Source: Candidatus Latescibacterota bacterium (GTDB lineage Bacteria > Latescibacterota > UBA2968 > GCA-2709665). Taken from it: DNA of 64,000 bases. The notes under the pieces are model-generated. The model saw nothing but the letters and a program-made list of their open reading frames with translations, was not told the origin of the DNA and did no database searches. Shown here one piece after another: positions 38,651 to 46,876 of this stretch; position 1 is the first letter of the stretch, and the number at the start of each line of letters is the position of its first letter. A program made the translations under genes and the position numbers. Where the stretch lies: NCBI GenBank assembly GCA_965219455.1, contig OZ244744.1:800001-864000 (forward strand), given 5' to 3'.

Positions 38651-39684
38651 ATCAACTTCAACATATCACGATGGATGTTGCGCCAGTTCTGAGCAAGATC
38701 AATGCTCCGGGCACGGATCGAGTAACCCTCCAGGCAGACATCGACCTTCACCGACGCGTCGACTGTCGGGTAGAGCAGGATTCCTTCGTGTCTCGGCCCG
38801 GGCGCCCTGGTTGCTTCGCGATTTCTTAGATAGGCCAGGAGTTGGTAAAGATTGTCAGAATGTAGCTTCCCGCCGTAGCGGCCGCCAAACGCCTCTCGGT
38901 AGTATTTCGCGTCCATGATGATTCGCCGATCCGGCGCTTCCAGTATGACGTCGGCTTCCATTTTCGGAAGTTTCAAGCGATGGTGATCGGGCGTGCCTTC
39001 GTCGGCCCAAGCGATGGCGCGCCCGCGATGGTTGACCCGATAACGGTCTTGCTCACGCTTATAGAACTCGATTATGAAGTCCTCGTACAGTTTTTCCATT
39101 CGATCTTCGCTGAAGTCGGTGAAACTCGCCTCCCCGGATCTTTCGTTCACCACAAGTTGTTCATGGATGAGTCTGCAGACCGACAACAGGAATCGATAGT
39201 ACCGGCGGTTGCGGTCGAGTTGTACCTGTCGGAACAGCCGGCGGTTCAACCGCACCACGCTCACGTGGTTCAGCTTGGTGTATGCATTACGGACATTGGC
39301 GTACACGTCGGAATCCAGGTTCGGGAGTCGCAGGAGGGATCCGAGCGTGGAGCGGAGGATGCAGTTGTGCAGGACATCGTGGGACAGTTCCTCAAAGTCG
39401 CAAACGACCCGTCCGCGGGCGCATAGCGCCCGTTTAACCGTCTCCCCCACAGCGATCTTTCCTCGGATACCGCCCAAATCTTCACGCACCTCCCGATACC
39501 CTCGGTCAATACCTCTGCGGATTAGACGGAACGTCCCTTCCGCAAGCACCTTGCCCAATAGTTCATGAACTCTCTCCAGCCCTTCCAGCTCCTCCTGCCG
39601 TACGACATCTCGTTCATCGACATGCCTCCAAGCGTAGCACAGGAGGTAATAGATGTTGGCGATGGGGATTCTCTTGTCGTTCAC
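38644..39684 (-). CDS. mcrC: McrC restriction endonuclease subunit
   Basis: IPIANIYYLLCYAW, IRGKI, LYEDFI, D...IIMDAKYY, NLYQLLAYL, GILLYP. Confidence 0.92.
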   Translation of the reverse strand: MNDKRIPIANIYYLLCYAWRHVDERDVVRQEELEGLERVHELLGKVLAEGTFRLIRRGIDRGYREVREDLGGIRGKIAVGETVKRALCARGRVVCDFEELSHDVLHNCILRSTLGSLLRLPNLDSDVYANVRNAYTKLNHVSVVRLNRRLFRQVQLDRNRRYYRFLLSVCRLIHEQLVVNERSGEASFTDFSEDRMEKLYEDFIIEFYKREQDRYRVNHRGRAIAWADEGTPDHHRLKLPKMEADVILEAPDRRIIMDAKYYREAFGGRYGGKLHSDNLYQLLAYLRNREATRAPGPRHEGILLYPTVDASVKVDVCLEGYSIRARSIDLAQNWRNIHRDMLKLIA

Positions 39685-41069
39685 TGCTGCAATTTCTCCA
39701 CCAGTTTATCCACCTGTTTAGGACGGTCGAACCAGTACTCTCGCAACAGGGGCTCAACCTGTGTATCGACGATGCCAAGGTACCAATCGTCGTCCGCCGA
39801 CTCCTCTGGCACAAAGTAGCTGTGTCCGATCTGGAAATCGGGTCCGAGATCCTTGTCGTCGCGTATATGCTGGTTGAGCTCGGACAGGTTTCTGTCAATG
39901 CGGTCGACCAGAACTCGGTCGACGTCCGCTTCAAGCAGGTATTCGCGGAACTTCCCAGTGCCATATGCGGGCTGAAGCGTTTCGAATGCGAATCGGCGCC
40001 GTAGAGCATAGTCGACGATTGCCAGCGATCGATCGGCTGTATTCATGAGACCCAAAAGATGTACGTTTTCAGGGACGCTAAAGCGCTCCCCTGACGGACT
40101 GTACGTTAGCGCAATGGCGTGTTCGGGGCCACGCTTGTCCGCTTCGATGAGCATGAGCAACTCGCCGAATATCTTGGACAGATTGCCCCGGTTGATCTCA
40201 TCGATAATGAAGACGAAAGGCTTATCTAGATTTTGCTCCGCGCGCTTGCAGAACTCGAAGAACACGCCATTCCGTAACTTGAAGCCACCGGTCTCCGTCG
40301 GCCGCCAACCCTGAAAAAAGTCCTCATAAGCATAGGACTGATGAAACTGCACCATCTCGATAAACTGTGAGTCCTTGCGCCTTATCAGGCACCATGCGAT
40401 CCGTCGCGCGATGAATGTCTTGCCGACGCCCGGCGGTCCCTGAAGAATCAGATTCTTGCGAAGTGCGATTGAGTCGAGAATCCGGCGGAACTGAGGTTCT
40501 TCCAGGAACAGGTCAATTAGTGCCGTGTCAACATCATACGATTTGCCTTCCGTGTCATCGGGCTCAACTTCCGACTCGCCTGCATCGGCGTCGATTTTTT
40601 CGAATATATGTCGTAACCAGTCTCGATATTCCGTGAATCGAGTCAATGTCTTGGTCGTGATCAGGCCCGTGAAGTTGATCGGCGCACGGCACGGATGCCA
40701 CTCTACAGTCCTGACGTTTTTGTACTCTGCCCTTTCCGGCACGTAGGTGTATTCTCCGGTAACCTTTCCCCAGCCTAGAATGGCGCGGCGGCCTTTCTTC
40801 GCGATGAGGATGTCATCGATCTTAATCTCCTGCACGAATTCCCACGCCGCAAGTGACTGGTTGGAGGGGTTTTTTCCTCTGCCGTTCTCGATCAACGCGC
40901 TGTGGATATCCACCCTGGATTCATAATCGCTAAGGTTCCCGAGGTGGTCCCAACCAATTGCCGTGATACCAAGTTCGAGAAACTCTTCCCAAAAACGTGC
41001 GCCCCTGCCAGGCGCGATAGTCCAAACGTCGGCCGTGCCGAAACGGTCGCGGTACCATGCCGTTGACAT
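39681..41069 (-). CDS. mcrB: McrB AAA+ GTPase with N-terminal modified-DNA-binding domain
   Basis: GPPGVGKT, QFHQSYAYEDF, IIDEINRGN, MNTADRS, ALRRRF, IGHSYF. Confidence 0.93.
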   Translation of the reverse strand: MSTAWYRDRFGTADVWTIAPGRGARFWEEFLELGITAIGWDHLGNLSDYESRVDIHSALIENGRGKNPSNQSLAAWEFVQEIKIDDILIAKKGRRAILGWGKVTGEYTYVPERAEYKNVRTVEWHPCRAPINFTGLITTKTLTRFTEYRDWLRHIFEKIDADAGESEVEPDDTEGKSYDVDTALIDLFLEEPQFRRILDSIALRKNLILQGPPGVGKTFIARRIAWCLIRRKDSQFIEMVQFHQSYAYEDFFQGWRPTETGGFKLRNGVFFEFCKRAEQNLDKPFVFIIDEINRGNLSKIFGELLMLIEADKRGPEHAIALTYSPSGERFSVPENVHLLGLMNTADRSLAIVDYALRRRFAFETLQPAYGTGKFREYLLEADVDRVLVDRIDRNLSELNQHIRDDKDLGPDFQIGHSYFVPEESADDDWYLGIVDTQVEPLLREYWFDRPKQVDKLVEKLQQ

Positions 41070-41118
41070 TCCTATCAATCCTCTATTTGCATTCGACGAG
41101 GGCTCGTGGATTCCGAAC

Positions 41119-42030
41119 TTATATGCCCGCGAACCAATCCGACCGGATGCGTACCTTCTCAATCATCTCGGTTTCGACGCCAAGGTTATTTTCTTTGAGC
41201 AAATCACAAAGGCGATCCCCGTCGATCAAGTCAATGGCAATCGCACCGTCACGGGTGGCTTCGTCTGACGCCTGACTGGTGAAATGGCCCGTCGTGATAA
41301 ACAAGCCTTTGTCGGCGCGTCCCTGCAATGCCCCACGAAAATCCCTGATTTCCTTCGAACCAACGCTCCCTTTCCAGCGCTTACACTGGAAAAAGATCTG
41401 GAATGACACAAGGTTTACGCGTAGTACGCCGACACCATCGATTCCCCCATCACTGGATTTTCCACGCACTTCGACTTTGGTAAACCCTGCTTCACGTAAT
41501 AGACGCTGTGACAACCGCTCAAAACCTTCTGGCGGCATATCACCCAACACGGCCAAGAGCATCGACTTCCAGTCCTCAACTTCCTCGATGCTTTCACCGA
41601 TCGAGTCACCGTCTTCTGTCTTTAAGGCTTAATCGGCCAATCGCTTGATGCGTCGCCGTTCACGTTCTTCTTGGGAGACGTGTTCATGAATCGCATCGGT
41701 CTGAGCACGCGTTGTGATCACCGAACTGCTTTCTGTTAGGGCCCATATTCCACGCGAAGAATTCACCAGTGCATTGCCGCGTTTGAGGTAGGTACGTGCC
41801 CAAGCGAGGTAGTAGTTTACCCGCGGAAGATTTGGGTTCTGCGTCATAGTGAATGATTGCTCGGCCTCGGTCACCCCTTCCAGTTCGATCACTTTTTCAT
41901 CCAGTTCCTGAATGGTGGCCGAACCGCCCAAATCCCTAAGGGCCTCGACCGTGACCAACATCATTCCGGGCAGATCGGGTAGGTGTTCCGCGTCGATTTC
42001 AAAACGCCTTTTCATCGTTCTGTTAGTCAT
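41119..42030 (-). pseudogene. mrr: Mrr type IV restriction endonuclease interrupted by an in-frame TAA
   Basis: Mrr_N (LRDLGGSAT...WARTYLK...GIWALT) and Mrr_cat (DGGIDG, QCKRW, IRDFRGAL, LIDG) lie in the same frame, separated by TAA at 41631-41629. Confidence 0.85.
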
Positions 42031-42186
42031 TGGTGTCCCCACAAAAGACATTATTGAATGGTCCAAATAGCAAGTCGTGTTAAGCGGCAGCGATCCGTCG
42101 ACCGCTGCCGGTGAAGGCGTGTTCGGGAACATCCGACGAATCTATTCGACGAACCGGCGCGGGTGTTCGTAATTCAACTGCGGGCA

Positions 42187-42273
42187 CTCGCGGCCCGCCT
42201 CGAAGTCCGCCCTGCGATGCTCCCAGGTCTCTTGCAGGTTGAGCCAGAGCTGAGGCGTTATCCCAAAAAAACG
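42187..42273 (-). pseudogene. HigA antitoxin C-terminal fragment
   Basis: RFFGITPQLWLNLQETWEHRRADFEAGRE versus RYFGTTPQLWLNLQTTWELRRAEIEAGRE in the HigA at 42960-43265. Confidence 0.75.
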
Positions 42274-42292
42274 CACCGCCGCAAGTCCGGGT

Positions 42293-42607
42293 TCACGCGA
42301 ATCTCAGATCCGCCTGGCGCTTAGCGTCGCCACGTACCCGGCGGGCTTGCGCAAGCTCATAACTCGCCTGCATCCGCATCCAGTGATCGGCGGTACCCCA
42401 GCCGATATCCTCCAGCGCGAGCGCCATGTTCGCGGACACCCCCGTCCTGCCGTTCAACAAGCGCGATAGCGTGCCGCGCTCGCAGCCGAGGCGCGCCGCC
42501 GTCTGCGTGACGTTCGAGCCAACCTCTTCCATGCCCTCTCGGATCAGTTCGCCCAGGTGCGGAGGGTTCAACATGGGGCCGACACGATTGCTTTCAATGT
42601 CGTTCAT
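42293..42607 (-). CDS. HigA-family antitoxin
   Basis: NPPHLGELIRE, LSRLLNG, MALAL, WMRMQASYEL. Confidence 0.88.
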   Translation of the reverse strand: MNDIESNRVGPMLNPPHLGELIREGMEEVGSNVTQTAARLGCERGTLSRLLNGRTGVSANMALALEDIGWGTADHWMRMQASYELAQARRVRGDAKRQADLRFA

Positions 42608-42626
42608 GGTCAACACTCCCGTCCGG

Positions 42627-42740
42627 TCAGTGATAATCGATCAGGTCCACGTCCACGACCTCGCCGTCCTCAAAACGGAACACCACACGCCAGTTGCCGG
42701 TGACGCTAACGCTCCACTCGGCCGCAAGCGTCCGCTTTGC
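42627..42740 (-). pseudogene. HigB toxin, 5'-truncated
   Basis: Only the C-terminal WSVSVTGNWRVVFRFEDGEVVDVDLIDYH is recognisable. The upstream sequence is unrelated. Confidence 0.75.
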
Positions 42741-42894
42741 CATCACGACCGCCGACCGCATTGCGCAGCGGCAACTTGTGTGCGGGCTCGCACGGATCGG
42801 CGTAAACATTCGTTTCAGAGGCACAACGATCGGATCAGCGGAGCATTTGAAAAGCCCGGAGACGAAATTCGGACGCCCTTCGACGGTTGGTTCT

Positions 42895-42927
42895 CACACC
42901 CCGATCACGTACAAAAATGGCCCCGTG
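42895..42927. repeat. 33-bp core repeat copy B
   Basis: cacaccccgatcacgtacaaaaatggccccgtg, identical to 43769-43801 and 30/33 to 37516-37548. Confidence 0.9.
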
Positions 42928-42959
42928 CAGTCAGTGGCAGGCAATTGGCCATCACATTC

Positions 42960-43265
42960 CTACTGCACCGCTTGACGGGGCGTTACGCTTGCAGCGATCT
43001 CGCGGCCAGCCTCGATCTCCGCCCTGCGAAGCTCCCATGTCGTTTGCAGGTTGAGCCAAAGCTGAGGCGTCGTCCCAAAGTAGCGCGCCAGCCTCAACGC
43101 CGAGTCTGCGCTCACCCCACGTCGGCCGTTCAGAATCATCGTGATGCGATTCACCGACACTCCCAGTGCCTTCGCCAGGGCGTTGGCCGACAGCCCGAGC
43201 GCGTCGAGTTCGTCGCGGAGTATCTCACCCGGATGAACCGGTCTCATCCCATTCTTCGCGTTCAT
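42960..43265 (-). CDS. higA: HigA antitoxin
   Basis: MRPVHPGEILRDEL, ALRLARYFGTTPQLWLNLQ. Confidence 0.93.
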   Translation of the reverse strand: MNAKNGMRPVHPGEILRDELDALGLSANALAKALGVSVNRITMILNGRRGVSADSALRLARYFGTTPQLWLNLQTTWELRRAEIEAGREIAASVTPRQAVQ

Positions 43266-43276
43266 GTTCGCGCCTC

Positions 43277-43555
43277 TCAGTGGTAGTCCTCGATCTCCAC
43301 GTCGCACGCCCCATCGTCCGTCCAGCGGAAACAGATGCGCCATTGCTCGTTGATCCGGATGCTGTGTTGGCCGGCCCGGTCCCCACGCAACGCTTCGAGC
43401 CGATTGCTCGGCAATGCGGCGAGATCCCCAAGTGTCTCCGCGTTGGCCAGAAGGGTCAGTCGGCGGGCGGCCTGATTCGAGAAACCGTGAAACGCCGGGA
43501 CCCGCTTACCCTCGAAGAAACGTCTTGTATCCCGATCCTTGAAGCTCCGTATCAT
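43277..43555 (-). CDS. higB: HigB (RelE-family) toxin
   Basis: MIRSFKD, PSNRLEALRGDRAGQHSIRINEQWRICF, VEIEDYH. Confidence 0.93.
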   Translation of the reverse strand: MIRSFKDRDTRRFFEGKRVPAFHGFSNQAARRLTLLANAETLGDLAALPSNRLEALRGDRAGQHSIRINEQWRICFRWTDDGACDVEIEDYH

Positions 43556-43563
43556 GGGCGACG

Positions 43564-43592
43564 AATGTAACCTCTGTTACGGCTCCCTTCAA
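43564..43592 (-). promoter_or_regulatory. higBA promoter with palindromic operator
   Basis: TTGAAG-17-TACATT on the minus strand, overlapping GTAAC-N4-GTTAC (43567-43580). Confidence 0.6.
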
Positions 43593-43763
43593 TGCATCTC
43601 ACCGTCTTGCAAAAGGCGTTGATTCCGCCAGTGTCGCCGCCGACCCATGTGGACTGGTACGACGATGCTGCGCTGCTCTCGTTAATTTCGGTATGGCATG
43701 TACGGAAAACATTCGAACATCATTTGAGCAATACGGAAACGCGATTCAAAACCCGTCGGCGTT

Positions 43764-43871
43764 TGGAACACACCCCGATCACGTACAAAAATGGCCCCGT
43801 GTTGCCCGGGACCAAGCAGCAGGAAACAATATATGCTGACGACCGGCGTTGTCAAGCGCAAACGGCGGAAG
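43764..43871. repeat. Direct repeat copy A (island right boundary) containing a minus-strand promoter
   Basis: Near-identical to 37511-37617, followed by short tandem gcagcgaaa/cagcgat units. Confidence 0.9.
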
Positions 43872-43984
43872 CAGCGAAAGCAGCGAAAGCAGCGATCAGC
43901 GATCAGCGGTCAGTCTTCAGCCGTCAGCTAAAACCTGTTTACGTAATAGTCCGTGACGTCTATCGGCGATGTCCGCGCCAGCAA

Positions 43985-44095
43985 GCGGGCAACCACAAGG
44001 GTTGCCCCTACAAAAGCGATGTTGGCGCTCCAAGGGCTGGAAGCCCTCGGTCGTGGGGACCTCTCCCCCCGGCCCTCTCCCGAGGGAGAGAGGGA
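43985..44095. repeat. REP-like palindromes
   Basis: gggcaaccacaagggttgcccctac (GTAG-type REP on the minus strand) and ccctctcccgagggagagaggg. Confidence 0.6.
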
Positions 44096-44383
44096 GACAG
44101 CGGGCAGGTCTATACGGAAACAAACGCAGTACGGAATGGCCTGCGGCTCCACGGGATTTGCTACAGCCCACAAACTGCCAGGTTGTGGTACGACCGGGCT
44201 ATTCTGGTCGGAGGTGTCAATTTCACTATCCATTGACTGACTGGATTGGCGATTTGTACGTCCAACCCCGGTACCCATTTCCATTCAACACACCGTCCGT
44301 ACAAAAATCATCGACGGAAGCCGATAGCACTTCCGCCGATACAGATTCGGTCTGATTCGGGACGACTGCCATTTCGGCCCCGA

Positions 44384-45139
44384 CTATCCCGCCGCGAGTT
44401 GACCCTCCGCTTCCGGTATTTCGACGTCCATCAACGGTACGTGCATACCGCATTCCGATTTGGACGTTCCCGCCCAGCGGCCCGCGCGTTCGTCGGCGCC
44501 GGGCGCTGCCGGCCGGGTGCAGGGCCAACAGCCGATGCTTGAATAGCCCTGGTCCATGAGCGAATTGTACGGCAGATCCTTTTCAATGATGTAATCCCAC
44601 ACCTGCTTCCGCGTCCAGGCGGCAAGCGGATTTATCTTGGCGACGTCCCGGCCGCCGCTGGTTCGGTAACCTTCCACGACACGTACGCCGGCCCGCGTTC
44701 CTGACTGATCTCTCCTGAGGCTGGCAATCCATCCGTTAAGACTTGCCAATTTCCGCTGCAGAGGCTCCACCTTGCGCATGCGGCAACAATGATCGGGATC
44801 ACGGTTGTACAGGTCGGGGCCGCAGACGCTATCCTGCTCGGGTACGCTCAAGCGGGGGCGTAAGGACTCGATCTCAATATCGTACCGCGCCTCAATACGC
44901 GTTTTGAGCGCAAGCGTTTCAGAAAACAGATACCCGGTGTCGATTGTAAAAACAGGAAGTTGCGGGACCACCCTTTGCGCCATATCCAAGAGAACCACGC
45001 CGCTGGCCCCGAAAGCCGTACTCATTGCCACCGCGGGACCGAGGTTTCGCCAGGCCCACTCCAGGATTTCCTCGGGCGGCGCCGCCTCCAATGCATCGGC
45101 CAACCGGCCAATCTTCTGCTGGTCGAAATCCATACACAT
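44384..45139 (-). CDS. cysH: APS/PAPS reductase (4Fe-4S APS-reductase type)
   Basis: IDTGYLF, CCRMRKVEPL, KINPLAAW, SIGCWPCT, ERAGRW, ECGMH. Confidence 0.93.
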   Translation of the reverse strand: MCMDFDQQKIGRLADALEAAPPEEILEWAWRNLGPAVAMSTAFGASGVVLLDMAQRVVPQLPVFTIDTGYLFSETLALKTRIEARYDIEIESLRPRLSVPEQDSVCGPDLYNRDPDHCCRMRKVEPLQRKLASLNGWIASLRRDQSGTRAGVRVVEGYRTSGGRDVAKINPLAAWTRKQVWDYIIEKDLPYNSLMDQGYSSIGCWPCTRPAAPGADERAGRWAGTSKSECGMHVPLMDVEIPEAEGQLAAG

Positions 45140-45162
45140 CCTCTGTCGGCTTTAATTACTGT

Positions 45163-45211
45163 ATTGTTAATCAAGTTAGTCAACAATAATAAATTCATTT
45201 CTTGCTGTCAA
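45163..45211 (-). promoter_or_regulatory. cysH promoter with Rrf2/IscR-type operator
   Basis: TTGACA-17-TATTGT. The 25-bp ATTGTTGACTA-ACT-TGATTAACAAT overlaps the -10. Confidence 0.6.
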
Positions 45212-45386
45212 GTCTTAAATGCAAAATTCCGATTATCCGGAAAGTCCGATAACCGGCCGGGGATAGTCGAGACTCGCACCGACGGAGTTTGAAATCACCT
45301 TGACTTTTAAGATGGGTTTTGATAACTTTCAGGCCTCAAAATTGTTGGCGTTTCGCGTCATCGTGGAACCGTCCGATCCAGGAAAC

Positions 45387-45421
45387 AAAAAAGCCCGATC
45401 TGTTGAGATCCGGGCCGTTTT
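45387..45421 (-). terminator. Terminator downstream of tRNA-Lys
   Basis: aaaaaagcccgatc...gatccgggc hairpin with an A/T run. Confidence 0.6.
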
Positions 45422-45454
45422 ATAATACAACTAATTTATTTTGAGAAAGTTAAA

Positions 45455-45526
45455 TGAGCCCGGAAGGATTTGAACCTTCGACCAACGGCTTAAAAGGCCG
45501 CTGCTCTACCCCTGAGCTACGGGCCC
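45455..45526 (-). tRNA. tRNA-Lys (anticodon TTT), CCA not encoded
   Basis: GGGCCCGTAGCTCAGGGGTAGAGCAGCGGCCTTTTAAGCCGTTGGTCGAAGGTTCAAATCCTTCCGGGCTCA cloverleaf. Confidence 0.96.
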
Positions 45527-45626
45527 ATTCCGTTCCCAGATCAAACTACAAAAACCGATGCACGATCGGGCAAAGTGATGAATATAGACAAGCCGTTCTC
45601 CCCTGTCAAGGAAAAGGGTTTCCGTA

Positions 45627-46862
45627 ATGATGCGCAGGCGAAGCAAGCGCCGCATGCTGAAGTGGGTACTTTGGATCACGGGAGTACTGGCGGTTATTTT
45701 TCTTGCCCTGTCGCTTATCGAGATAGACGACGTCGTCATGGCCCAGGGCATCGTAGAACCCGGTGAAAAAATCTATATCGATTCTCCGCTCAAGCGCGTT
45801 ATCGAAAGCATCCATTGTGAACCTGGAACGCCGGTGAAAGCCGGACAGCCGGTTGTCCAACTCTATAATGGCGACCTGGTCGCCTCGGTTGAAGCGGCCG
45901 AGAAGGAGATCCAGCGCAACGAAGCGAACCTGGAACATGCCAGGGCAAACCTGGCGCTGCTGAAAGAAAAACCGACCGCGGAAGCGTTGAAGATCGCGGA
46001 ATCCAGGGTCGAACATGCACGCATTGCGCTGAAAGCCCGCAAGCAGGAAATGAAGCGGGCCGAACACCTCTATCTGGGCGAGCGCCTCTGGAGCGTCGAG
46101 GAACTCGAACGCGCAAAAACGAACTGCGAACTCGCGGAAACCAACCTGAAGGTGGTTTCCGAGGTCCTGAACCTGACCCGGCGCGGCGCATCGCCTGCGG
46201 AACTTCGGCAGGGCGCGGCCGACGTTCGCCGCGCAGCGGCAGCGCTGGACAACGCCCGAAACAGTCTGAAGGCGGCGCAGGAAGGCCTGGAACTGACCAC
46301 CCTCCGGTCGCCCGTCAACGGCATTGTTGTCAGACGGGATCTGCATCCCGGCATGCTTGCCGACCAGGGGCAAATCGTACTCATTGTTGCGGGAGAGGGC
46401 GGAGGAGATACGATCGACGCCTGGGTCCCGGAAACCAACGCGTGGAAAATCCGTCTGGGACACCCCGTAGAAATCCTCAGCAATCTATTTTCCGACCGCG
46501 AGGAATTCGCCGGTAACGGCAAAATCTCCAGGATATACGGATATGCGGTACACGGCAGCGGCGTCCGAACCTTTGAGTTGGAAATTGGCATTGTGGAAAC
46601 CCCGTTGCCGCTCAAATACGGCTCTACCGCAGACCTGCGCATTATTGTGGGCAGGCGCAGCATTCTCAAATTCCTCCTGAATATCGAAGATCGCGACGTG
46701 GTCCAGGCCAGCCGGCAGGACGTCCGTAATCAGAGTGAAAGGGACAAGATTCAACCGTCGCCTTCCCGTCAGACCTTCTCCGACTCCATCACGACGACAC
46801 CCTCCCGGAACACCACGTCGGCCGATTCCGGAAGCGGCACGGCAGTGGCGCGGAAGCCCTAA
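45627..46862 (+). CDS. HlyD-family membrane fusion/secretion protein
   Basis: N-terminal TM, AQGIVEP, VKAGQP lipoyl half, long coiled coil, LRSPVNGIV. Confidence 0.88.
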   Translation: MMRRRSKRRMLKWVLWITGVLAVIFLALSLIEIDDVVMAQGIVEPGEKIYIDSPLKRVIESIHCEPGTPVKAGQPVVQLYNGDLVASVEAAEKEIQRNEANLEHARANLALLKEKPTAEALKIAESRVEHARIALKARKQEMKRAEHLYLGERLWSVEELERAKTNCELAETNLKVVSEVLNLTRRGASPAELRQGAADVRRAAAALDNARNSLKAAQEGLELTTLRSPVNGIVVRRDLHPGMLADQGQIVLIVAGEGGGDTIDAWVPETNAWKIRLGHPVEILSNLFSDREEFAGNGKISRIYGYAVHGSGVRTFELEIGIVETPLPLKYGSTADLRIIVGRRSILKFLLNIEDRDVVQASRQDVRNQSERDKIQPSPSRQTFSDSITTTPSRNTTSADSGSGTAVARKP

Positions 46863-46876
46863 CATTCACGACGAGG

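Noticed and set aside
38070-38829. ORFs of 138 and 235 aa at the island edge as genes
   Set aside because: No motifs, atypical composition and overlap with mcrC. Only the short integrase-like peptide in another frame is credible.
41629-41631. Programmed stop-codon recoding (Sec/Pyl) in mrr
   Set aside because: The codon is TAA, not TGA or TAG, and other genes use TAA as a normal stop
38000-43760. Classical integron/attC cassette array
   Set aside because: No convincing paired RYYYAAC...GTTRRRY attC palindromes after the genes and no intI could be identified by eye
37516-43801. The 33-bp repeats as a CRISPR array
   Set aside because: Copies are 0.9 and 5.4 kb apart with genes between them, and there are no cas genes
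43592-44355. ORFs of 95-214 aa between higB and cysH
   Set aside because: They translate through the direct repeat and REP palindromes and are likely spurious
45455-45526. tRNA-Lys as the island integration site
   Set aside because: No duplicated tRNA 3' end was found, and cysH lies between the tRNA and the island
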